Of a stretch of DNA of 64,000 nucleotides, positions 48,691 through 59,303 are shown one piece after another. This DNA is from Neoechinorhynchus agilis. Taxonomy: Eukaryota; Animalia; Acanthocephala. Both the position numbers and the translations under genes were made by a program. The notes under the pieces were generated by a model. The model searched no databases, had not been told where the DNA came from, and saw nothing but the letters and a program-made list of their open reading frames with translations. The DNA is taken from contig CM121342.1 in assembly GCA_051530055.1 (NCBI GenBank), forward strand, positions 7,112,864 through 7,176,863. The letters are read 5' to 3'. The first letter of the stretch is position 1. The number at the start of each line of letters is the position of its first letter.

Positions 48691-51105
48691 ATGTCAAATT
48701 CAAAACGACCCCGTGAAGGAGGTGAACAAAGAGATGAAAGTTCCGCACCAATTTTAAAACGCCCGAAATTTGACCGAAGATTGCAACGATGGTATTATAC
48801 ATTCTCAGTCACGTCGAAGCCAGTGCAATTGGAGATGATGCGTTGCATACTAAGGAATCATTGTACGAATGAGCAACTTAAGGAGCTAAGGGAGACTATT
48901 GATTCTTTGCTCAAATGCGACTTCTTTTCACACCTTCCTCTCGATGTTTGCCTTCGAATTCTCGATTCGTTATCAAACGAGGATCTATTGCGACTTAGTG
49001 GAGCTTCGTATTCCCATCGTCGATTGGTGATGGTTGAAGGTGGAGGATTGTGGCTTGAACGGTATCTGAACCAAAAGTTCGAGTTTTATGCTCCATGGAG
49101 TGCATGTAGTCGATCTTTGGAACTTTACGATAATCAGTTGCGATCGGCTGTAATGGGCGAAAAGATGTCTTATGGATTAATGGTACGATTAATGGCAGAA
49201 CGAATTTTAAGAACCTCGTGGAAATTCGGAACAGATACGCAGTTGTGAGATGAAGAATTCAAGGATCTTTTTTTGTTTATTATGCGCACGAAGGACATTT
49301 CGTTAGAGTTTTATGTTTTCATTTTTCACAATCTTTATGTGTTATCTCGCTTAGGAATGAGTCTCTTGATCATTCTTTGGCCAAAAAGGACGACTGAGAA
49401 CGCCCAGTATCACAACGTTTTTGAATTTCTAAACCGTTTTGAATTATATCTATGATTTACTCTACTTTATCCATGGACACATGCACTTGCTACTTGATCG
49501 CGAGGTTTTGGACGTTCCTTTTAGTTAATAAGAATTATAGAAAGCCAATACTTTTTTCGAACAAAAGTGACTTGAAAAGTGTTCTTACTTTTTTTACGAG
49601 CAGAAATCATTTGCACCACCGTCCCTCTGGATCACTTCGGTGCTTTCCTGGTGTAAGGGTCGAACTCGGATCGCCAGTGATTGGTCTCAGTTTCTTTGGC
49701 AATCACTTGACCCGAATACCTATTCTTTTTGCGTTCCTCAGCGTCAATTGCTGCTCCGCTCCCCGACTTAATAGAAACCAATTTCATGATTCGTGGAACC
49801 ATTTTTTGTGGGTTTTTTTTAAACTTTTTTTTCACATTCAGCCTTTTTTTTGTTTCTCACAACTACTTTAATCCCGATGCGATCAAAGTTCATCCAGCTC
49901 ACGACGAGCACGTGATCACATGTTTGATGTTCGACGGTCGATACACAGTGACCGCATCCGACGATACTCTCATAAGAGTATTTCCGCGCAAACGGGATCC
50001 ATTCGCACTTTCCGGTCACCAAGGCGGCGTTTGGTGTGCCGAGTTGCAATATCCGTACATTTTCAGTGGAAGTACCGATCGAAGCGTAAAGGTTTGGCAT
50101 ATTCCTACCCGAAGATGTATTTCCAGCTTAAGAGGACACGTTTCAACTGTTCGATGTCTCAAGACTGGGATTCCATGGGGAAAGCACTGGATTGTGACTG
50201 GGAGTCGAGATCAGACCATACGAGTATGGCAATTGATACTTGGGACAAACCAAGACAACAGGTATTTAGTGTATACTTCTGCCTATTGCCTCCATGTATT
50301 GACCGGTCACATTGGAGCGGTAAGATGTCTCGGTATGAGTAGTGAATATATTGTAAGTGGAGCATATGACAACGACGTACGGATTTGGAAGATTGATCAA
50401 GACATGGTTCGAACTTATTCAGTGCTTAGAGGACATACCAACCGCGTCTACTGTCTACAATTCAATGGAACAATGATTGTGAGTGGTTCAATGGATGCGA
50501 CGATACGGCTATGGGATGTTGCTGATGGAACATGTCTTCATGTTCTATCTGGCCATGACTCTCTTATAAGCCATCTTCTATTAATCGGTCGTCATTTATT
50601 CAGCTGTAACGCTGATAAAACTGTAAAGCTTTGGAATGTCGAAACCGGAACTAACATTTACACCCTAGATGGACCTAATGCACACACGGCTTGTGTAACC
50701 TCAGTAGCCGTCAATCGAGCGTTTGTGCTTACTTGTGCTGATGATGGAAAACTAAAGCTATGGGATGGGAAAACAGGGATATTCATTAGAGATCTTTATC
50801 AGATACAAGCCCAAGATGCTCCAGGATCTATGTGGTCAGTTCTTTGTACCGAATCAAGAGTGATTTGTGTTGGTGGAAGTCGTGGTGCTCGTGATGACTC
50901 TTGTATTATCGATGTGGACCTCAGTTCGGACGCCAAAGCTTATCTAGAAAATCAAGGACTCGTGGAAGATACAAAGAAACGAAATGTCGATATGTCCTTT
51001 TTACCGTGCCCCATTCAAGACGAGGAAAAGAGTTTGTGGATGGAAGATCCACTTTGTTGGCTTATTGGACCGCTAGCCCAAAATGACCCACTCTTCACTC
51101 TCTAA
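48691..51105 (+). CDS. FBXW7: F-box/WD40 protein, FBXW7/Cdc4/SEL-10 family; two exons separated by ~49240-49865
   Basis: D-domain and F-box (CDFFSHLPLDVCLRIL), then HDEHVITCL, GHQGGVW, GSTDRSVKVW, GHVSTVRCL, GSRDQTIRVW, GHTNRVYCLQFNG and DDGKLKLWD. Confidence 0.9.
49240..49865 (+). other. Candidate hairpin-ended intervening sequence in FBXW7 (CA...TA, 626 nt, 624 removed)
   Basis: Perfect 10-bp inverted ends AGTTGTGAGA / TCTCACAACT. A canonical GT-AG alternative (49245-49841) also keeps the frame. Confidence 0.55.
49632..49802 (-). CDS. Small antisense ORF nested in the FBXW7 intron, weakly bL33 (MRPL33)-like
   Basis: IMKLVSIKSGSG...EFDPYTRK resembles bL33 IKLVSSAGTG...KFDPVVRQ; the C-terminal strand is missing from this ORF. 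Confidence 0.35.
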   Translation of the reverse strand: MVPRIMKLVSIKSGSGAAIDAEERKKNRYSGQVIAKETETNHWRSEFDPYTRKAPK

Positions 51106-51597
51106 ACTAACAACAACAACAACAGTAATGTGTGTACTCTACCAAAAAAATCCAATCATTCAAAAAACAACAACAAAATTCCCATTTTTTGCGTTTGAGA
51201 CACTCATTACCCCCTATTGGGACTCGAAGAAGATAACCGTCCTAAATGCCGCTGCATGAGCCCAAAAACTAATCTGTCAAAAAACCAAAAATCAGCCTAA
51301 AAATGTTGAACATATTATTTTAAATCACAAAGTATTCCAAAATGTAACCGCGCGCGCGCGTGTGTGTGTGGACGTGCACACCAGCTCTTGTTTTTTCTTG
51401 ATTCAGGCACATTTTGTTTACCAACGATTGTATAAACGAGTGCCATCATTTCTATAGTTTGAATCTCAACTTTCTGCACCAGAAAAGCCCCAAGTATTTT
51501 GATAGTTGGTTCGGTAATCTTTTTATATAAGCAAACTTCTTCATCTTCCTAGAATTTCATATATAATTTGCACGCTATTTCCTCCAAGCTTACATTT

Positions 51598-52385
51598 TTC
51601 AGTGCCACGGTCAATAATCGCGTGGAAGCACCTTTTATGGAATACAAAAATGTTGTCGATTTCGGATATCCGAACTTGAAATGAACCTGAGGAAAGACCA
51701 ACCTTCCAAGCGCTCCTACAAAGAATAACCACCATTTCCCACCCGGACGGACTCGTAATCCAGTCCAAAATCAATAGCCAAATTCATTCGAGTGTTCATG
51801 AGGGCCCAAAGGGAGACTTGGCTCCACTTCTTCTTTGTGAATCAACAAATAAAACGTGTTATTATTACAGTGCCACGGTCAATAATCGCGTGGAAGCACC
51901 TTTTATGGAATACAAAAATGTTGTCGATTTCGGATATCCGAACTTGAAATGAACCTGAGGAAAGACCAATCTTCCAAACGCTCCTACAAACAATAACCAC
52001 CATTTCCCACCCGAACGGATTCGTAATCCAGTCCAAAATCAATAGCCAGATTCATCCGAGTGTTCATGAGGACCCAAAAGGGAGATTTGGCTCCTCTTTT
52101 TTGTGAATCAACAAATAAAACGTGTTATTATTACAGTGCCATAGTCAATAATCGCGTGGAAGCACCTTTTATAGAATACAAAAATGTTGTCGATTTCAGA
52201 TATCAGAACTTGAAATGAACCTGAGGAAAGACCAACCTTCCAAACGCTCCTACAAACAATAACCACCATTTCCCACCCGAACGGATTCGTAATCCAGTCC
52301 AAAATCGATAGCCAGATTAATTCGAGTGTTCATGAGGGCCCAAAGGGGGGACTCTGCTCCTCTTCTTTGTGCCGTAATAAATAAA
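51598..52385. repeat. Tandem array G, ~267-bp unit, ~3 copies, partly made of family X
   Basis: CAGTGCCAC/TGGTCAATAATCGCGTGGAAGCACC recurs at ~51600, 51869 and 52134. Confidence 0.93.
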
Positions 52386-52526
52386 AACGTGTTATTTTTA
52401 TAGCTCCATCTTGTCGATGAATAATCGCACGAAATTTTCGCTTCGTCTACTTTGAAAAGGTAGGTTTTGCTTGCCATAAAACAACGCATCACACATTTGA
52501 ACAGAAACTTGGTCTCCGTATAAAGG

Positions 52527-52937
52527 ATGACAGATTCCAATTATTCTGAGAATAAAGGTCGGGATTCGGTTATAGAAAGAACCGCTAGACGTATACCTGT
52601 AACGTTTATTGACTGCGAACCATCACCTGTTGCCGGACGCTCCATTTCGCTAACATTTAAAGTAATACCAGAGAACAGGTTCTTTTATGTAAAAACTATA
52701 AGTAGACAAACGATGGAAAAACTCACAAAACAAAACAATATTCCATCAAGCGGAGGGGAAAATTTCCGAATTGTACCAACTGGATCTCATACGGCTAATT
52801 CGAGCGATTCGAAACCTCAAATGTTAAGCGAATCGTATCAGTCGAAGGTTGTTATAATACCGACCGGAGCTTTTGAATCGAAAACCCGATATCCTTATTA
52901 TTACATTCCAATACACTTTCAATCAAGTCATCGGTGA
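52527..52937 (+). CDS. Hypothetical ORF, unrecognised
   Basis: A 136-codon open frame in AT-rich DNA ending at a GTGAGT donor-like site; no recognisable motif. Confidence 0.3.
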   Translation: MTDSNYSENKGRDSVIERTARRIPVTFIDCEPSPVAGRSISLTFKVIPENRFFYVKTISRQTMEKLTKQNNIPSSGGENFRIVPTGSHTANSSDSKPQMLSESYQSKVVIIPTGAFESKTRYPYYYIPIHFQSSHR

Positions 52938-53657
52938 GTACGAGTATGATAAATAAACTTTTATGGTCCCTTTCTTTGTTTTCTCGTATAAACAGACGAT
53001 TTTGTAGAAAATATTTTGGCTCCCCATTAAGAATTCTATATATCTTCAATCGCTAGCTGGATGTTCACATGTTCGATCAATGACATTAAAACTTCCGCGA
53101 TGTCATCTACAAAAATCAGGGGTTATAATAATAACATGTTTATTTCTTAATCCAAAAAGAATGGGACTCGAGTTCCGATTTGTTCAATTAATGTGGTTTG
53201 TTGATTTTGGAGAGGGCAAGTGGATGATTATTCGCGTCGAGGTGAGTTTGTGAGGTTGGATCTTTCCTCCTTTTCATTTCGGTTGATGGTATGGAGAAAT
53301 GAGAGGGATAGGATGAAATGAATTGGGATTACGAGTGTTTTGCTCATGTGAAAAGGGGACGACTTTATAGTTATTGTTTTTAGAGGCACTTTTTCGAAAG
53401 TATAACGAATTATTCGTCTTAATTGTCGAGTCCGAATTGACACCTTGTGAATGTGAACGATACATTTTAAGTTTTAGTTTGTTTTATGTCATTATTTTAG
53501 TTTATCCCTTCTTGTCCGGCATTAGAGACTTCTCTACTGTATAATTGGTTTGGCATCTAAAAATTAAATGATGACATGAGTCAAGCGTTGGACGCAAGGA
53601 AGATAACACGATTTGACAAATAAAAGATTTCCTGGTTATCTCTTAACCAACGATTCC

Positions 53658-55693
53658 TTATTTTTTACGTCCACGTTTCTTGAACGTCCGCATTGACTTC
53701 ATAGTGAAAGTAACACACAATTCATCCATGATTTTCATCAGATCTTTTTTACTCATTTTCAAATGAGCATTTACAACAGCATGAAATTCTTCAATGTCGA
53801 CTGGTTCGTACATGAGAATCTTCCTGTACCACACGGAATCGATTTTACATCTAATCGTGTCAACTAATGCCGTTCGTCTTTGTTCCAGACTTCCACTTTT
53901 ATCTTCATGAACGCTCGATTCCAACAAGAACGACATTTCTGCTACAGAAGCTCGCAGTTCGCGTCGATGCACCGACGATTGCTTCTTGTTGTGGTTAAAA
54001 ACATAATCAGATCGCTCGTTTCGTGGGACGTGAGTTCCCATAAATACCTCTTTAAGCTTCGCTATCATCTTAACTCGCGTAAATGGTTTTAGACCAAACT
54101 TTGCCATTTCAGCTTTTAACTGATCAATACTCATCGATTCGAAATCCGGCATTGGGCTTTCGATTATAGACGTCTCGGCCGTTGTCAATTGCTTCGTTGG
54201 AGTGAAAGATCGAATGGGAGTTGATGTTAAATGACAGGATTGAGGGATTAACGGCGGTGAATCATCGCTGACTTTTACTATAGACCGCGTTGAATTGTGG
54301 TGGAAAGACTCACATTCACGGAAATCGATCCATACATCGTGGTCGTCCTCGTTTCTCGTCTCATCAATGACAATCATGCTCAAAGATTCTTTATCGTGTA
54401 TTAAATTAAAATCAGACTTTTCTTGAATACTCAGATTCACCGCTTGTTCGCATATGGATACTGTTGATTCAATACGCTCCGAAATTTCATGTAATTACCA
54501 ATGTCCAAAATTCGTTTTAGTCGTAAGAAAAAGACGATTGGTACGAAATATTCTAATTAAATCCGTCTCACTTAAATTTTGGACAAAAGGTATTATAATT
54601 GTTGTTCACTACTTGAAATGGAATTCAGCAGATTTTTTTCAATTTTTTTGATAGGCGAAGTGCGCGAAATGTCCGATATTCCAAGATCGAAGGGCGTAAG
54701 ATTTAGTGAAATCAACTCGTGGCGATGTTCAAAAAGTTCATTCGCTTCCACGGGACTACAAACGAGACCTAAAGATTTCTCCAGTCTCTCATCTCCAAGA
54801 TGTTCATAAGTAAGTTCATTTTTTTCGTTGTCCATTGGAGGTTTTTGATCAGATCGACATTCTTTATTGTCGAAACTTTTGACGCTTCCATCAATGCCAA
54901 TTAATTCTATTTCATTATTGACAAAATCCTTCTTATAATCAGGAGTAAGGTTCGCCTGTTCAGCACCATCTACTTTGATTTCTTGTGAAAGACCGCAAAA
55001 TCTCCGATCTAAACTGTCCAAAATATTGACAGGATCACATTGTGATGCTTTGGACCACCATCTTGTAGGCGTTCTTGGAATGCGACTAATTTTACCATTA
55101 TCACACAAATCATCCTCAGCTGTCAGGATTTCAGTCAAAATCCGAGCAGCCGGACTATCGTGTTCAGTTTGAGCTTGATGAAGCTCACAATTAACGGTTG
55201 ATGGCCGTTTTCGTGATCGCTGGAATGTCGCGATATCCTCATCTGCCAATCCTTGCTTTCTAATTACGGCTACCATCGTCTTAGGATGAATCCGATTCCG
55301 TTTTCCACAAGATCTCTCATGTTCAAGAATCTGAAGAAATGCTCCTCCACAAAACGAGCATACACTCAATTTCTCAGCATCATTCACATTTAGACATTTG
55401 TCAACATGCAATTGACGGGCATTCAGACTAAATGAACTCAAGTCCCGCTTACAAATTGGACAGGTTATTTTCTCAGCAACAACACCGTATTTTGTGATCT
55501 GATGATCGCTTCTGAAGTGTTTCAACGACTCAAACTTACCCTTACGACCTGATCTTTTCGTCCTTATCGACTTACTCTCATGTTTCGTCGTAGTTTCCGT
55601 CTCAAGTGTTGTTGACCGATGAGAAACTTTAACTTTTTTCTTCATCCGGTCAGTGATGTCGTTGAAATCGACGAATTCGGAATCGGACGACAT
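53658..55693 (-). CDS. SLX4: SLX4 structure-specific endonuclease scaffold; two coding segments joined across ~54492-54597
   Basis: UBZ4 finger CPICKRDLSSFSLNARQLHVDKCL, SAP motif MPDFESMSIDQLKAEMAKFGLKP...KLKEVF, and SLX1-binding domain WYRKILMYEPVDIEEF...MDELCVTF. Confidence 0.85.
54492..54597 (-). other. Candidate TA-bounded hairpin intervening sequence in SLX4 (106 nt, 104 removed)
   Basis: Perfect 11-bp stem TGTCCAAAATT / AATTTTGGACA with TACC/GGTA outside it; removal joins EQQL|HEISER in frame. Confidence 0.62.
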
Positions 55694-56456
55694 CTAAAAT
55701 GTTTTGTGATTTACTCATAAAAAACCCAACCCTTTCTTTAGCCCATTATAATACAAGAAACTCAGTATGAATATTCAATGGTAAACTTGAAAAACGTTTT
55801 GAATATACTTCTTTTTTTAATGAAATTGTGGGTAAAATTGAAATCTCATCAACAAGAAAATGATCGTTCTTAAACAATCTCAAAAAACATCTAAAGAAAA
55901 CGATTTTTTCATGTGTCCAATCTTGACATTTACGATAAAAAGTTTCTTAAACTCATTTCTCACAAAGGAAATGACGTTTTCCCATTAAGTTTTGCTTTCG
56001 AAAACGGACTTTGGGCTTCCTAAGGAATTCATGGAAAGTTTAAGGTTCCCCCGTCTTACGCTTCCTTTAAGAATCTACACAAAGTATGGAAAGTTCTTGG
56101 GCTTCATTGGCTTTGGATGAAGTAGCATTTCATGAGATTAAGACACCTATTAAGAATGCTCTCGTACACCATTAACAAACCGGCAATGAATTTAAAAAAA
56201 TCAACCGCTAAACTCACTTAACTGATCATTTGGTTCCAGTATTCACGATGTCCTTAGATGCATGGATTCTGTACTTTGAACAATAAAACGTGTTGGCGAT
56301 GAGAAGAATAGATATTAAATTCATTAATTCAAAAATATTTGCTACGTTTAGTCGGACTTCTTCAGCAGGTTTCTACAATTTAAGCTCATGTCTAAACAAG
56401 AAACCTGAAAATCAGATTGAGAATTAATAAATCTAATATCTATTCTTCTATATAAA

Positions 56457-57535
56457 TGAAGAATATACGAAGATTTGGGAATATTTAAGTGGTAGAAAAC
56501 TTATTTTCTTTGGTGCTCAGAAGGAAGCTTCAAATTAATATAAAATAAAAATTTAGGCCTTTTTTTGTTTCCGATGAGGAACAATTAAACAAAATCTTCG
56601 GGTTAACTTTTTGTGTATTTAACAATGATCAGGTTCTTAAATCTTTTCAAAAAAGAAATACGAAGATTTGGGAATATTTAAATGGTAGAAAACTTATTTC
56701 CTTTGGTGCTCAGAAGGAGGCTTCAATCTCAAATAAATTTTTGGCCATTTTTTGTTAGATGATTGAAACCCCAAATAAATCTCAGAGTTAACTTTTTGTG
56801 TATTTAACAATAATCAGGTTCTTAAATCTTTTCAAAAAAAGAAATACGAAGATTTGGGAATATTTAAATGGTAGAAAACTTATTTTCTTTGGTGCTCAGA
56901 AGGAGGCTTCAATCTCAAATAAATTTTTGGCCATTTTTTGTTAGATGATTGAAACCCGGGTTTTCCCGTTGAGGAACAATTAAACAAAATCTTCGGGTTA
57001 ACTTTTTGTGTATTTAACAATGATCAGGTTCTTAAATCTTTTCAAAAAATACGAAGATTTGGGAATATTTAAATGGTAGAAAACTTATTTTCTTTGGTGC
57101 TCAGAAGGAGGCTTCAATCTCAAATAAATTTTAGGCCATTTTTTGTTAGATGATTGAAACCCGGGTTTTCCCGTTGAGGAACAATTAAACAAAATCTTCG
57201 GGTTAACTTTTTGTGTATTTAACAATGATCAGGTTCTTAAATCTTTTCAAAAAAGAAATACGAAGATTTGGGAATATTTAAATGGTAGAAAACTTATTTT
57301 CTTTGGTGCTCAGAAGGAGGCTTCAATCTCAAATAAATTTTAGGCCATTTTTTGTTAGATGATTGAAAACCCTTTTTTCCGTTGAGGAACAATTAAACAA
57401 AATCTTCGAGTTAACTTTTTGTGTATTTAACAACGATCAGGTTCCTAAATCTTTTCAAAAAAAGGAAATACGAAGATTTGGGAATATTTAAATGGCAGAA
57501 AACTTATTTTCTTTGGTGCTCAGAAGGAGGTTTTG
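56457..57535 (-). repeat. Satellite I block (~190-bp unit, ~5.5 copies), reverse orientation
   Basis: TACGAAGATTTGGGAATATTTAA...GGTGCTCAGAAGG recurs; it is the reverse complement of the 58395-59230 and 19500-19870 blocks. Confidence 0.93.
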
Positions 57536-58257
57536 AAGCTCAAGTGTTCATTTTTAAATTTAATGCGTCCTGGAGAATTTCTATTATCATCTCATCAAAA
57601 AATTGATTGCAAATAAAATCATTTTAATTTCTTTGCCAAGAAAACAACCTGATTTAAAAAAAAGAATTTGGAAAACAATATTGATCAAAGCAGAAATGGT
57701 CAACAAAAAGTTTTCATGATTTTGTTTATGAAAAACAGATAGAAGCACACAACATCGTGAGTATAAAAGGACCCCTCGATACGTTCACTCAATGATTAAT
57801 CGCGTCGGATTCGTTTGGTCCGTTTCGTAAACACTCGGTCCTTTTTACGTCATTAATTTGAATTCTTCCTGATCGTAACACTTCGGTACTTCTTCATTTA
57901 TCCGCCGTCAAATGGTTTATTGTTCCGATCATTTGTCCTTGAGTTTTTGTTTCGGAAATCTATGAATGCCATCAAATAGCCGCCGTATTCTTACACGTTT
58001 TCGTGATTGGACTTTACCAATATTGATTTAATAGATTTTTTGTTTTAAAATAATGATCTTGATGAACTGCCATTTGTCACGGCGGTGTCTCTTCTAAAAT
58101 GTCCGTGATTTAAACGTCATTTCGACGAATTCTTCCCGATCGTCCGGTCAACGTCGTCTCGACGTAATCATCTTTCAAGTTTGAAACCTGCGTCTTTCAT
58201 CGGGTTTTGAAAATTTTCATTTTTCCAAAGTTAGCGATTTTGTTTGGTTCCTGATCT

Positions 58258-59230
58258 TTTTTGTATTTCGAAATGTCCGTAGAAATTGCGGTTTTCACTA
58301 AGAACGAGGAATAACATTTTGGAGATGAGTGGTATCTTCAACTCAGGGATTATTAGGGATTTTAATCTTGTCCTGGCCACAGTATCTCTTTTCTCGAAGA
58401 TTTATTTCTTTTGTTCCTCAACGGAAAGATTGCAAAAAAATGGCCAAAAATTTATTTGAGATTGAAGTCTCCTTCTGAGCACCAAAGAAAATAAGTTTTC
58501 TGCCATTTAAATATTCCCAAATCTTCGTATTTCTTTTTTTGAAAAGATTTAAGAACCTGATCATTGTTAAATACACAAAAGTTAACTCGAAGATTTATTT
58601 GGGGTTTCAATCATCTAACAAAAAATGGCCAAAAATTTATTTGAAATTTAAGCCTCCTTCTGAGCACCAAAGAAAATAAGTTTTCTGCCATTTAAATATT
58701 CCCAAATCTTCGTATTTCTTTTTTGAAAAGATTTAAGAACCTGATCATTGTTAAATACACAAAAAGTTAACCCGAAGATTTATTTCGTTTGTTCCTTAAC
58801 GAAAAGCCGGTTTTCAATCATCTAACAAAAAATGGCCAAAAATTTATTTGAAATTTAAGCCTCCTTCTGAGCACCAAAGAAAATAAGTTTTCTACCATTT
58901 AAATATTCCCAAATCTTCGTATTTCTTTTTTTGAAAAGATTTAAGAACCTGATCATTGTTAAATACACAAAAAGTTAACTCGAACATTTATTTTAATTGT
59001 TCCTCAACGGAAAAAAAGGGTTTTCAATCATCTAACAAAAAAAGGCCTAAAATTTATTTGAAATTGAGGTCTCCTTCTGAGCACCAAAGAAAATAAGTTT
59101 TCTACCATTTAAATATTTCCAAATCTTCGTATTTCTTTTTTTGAAAAGATTTAAGAACCTGATCATTGTTAAATACACAAAAAGTTAACTCGAACATTTA
59201 TTTTAATTGTTCCTCAACGGAAAACCCGGT
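58258..59230 (+). repeat. Satellite I block with the unique head shared with 19372-19500
   Basis: TGTATTTCGAAATGTCCGTAGAAATTGCGG...CAGTATCTCTTTTCTC followed by ~4.5 satellite units. Confidence 0.92.
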
Positions 59231-59303
59231 TTGGAATCTTTTTTTAAATCCAAAAAAGATCCATAATTTTGCCTCGAATCTCTCACCTAAAAAACATTAT
59301 TAG

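Noticed and set aside
51670-51730. EPEERPTF as a tyrosine-kinase subdomain XI remnant
   Set aside because: The short motif is preceded by TGA in all copies, and no other kinase motifs lie nearby.
51200-53200. SL RNA, snRNA or tRNA genes (faint GGGACTCGA-like similarity at ~51220 and ~53165)
   Set aside because: No convincing donor plus Sm-site arrangement or cloverleaf; no RNA gene could be supported anywhere in the window.
57540-58257. A transposase in the core between the opposed satellite I blocks
   Set aside because: Frames are broken by frequent stops with no DDE or HUH motif, and the outer ends of the two blocks are not mirror images.
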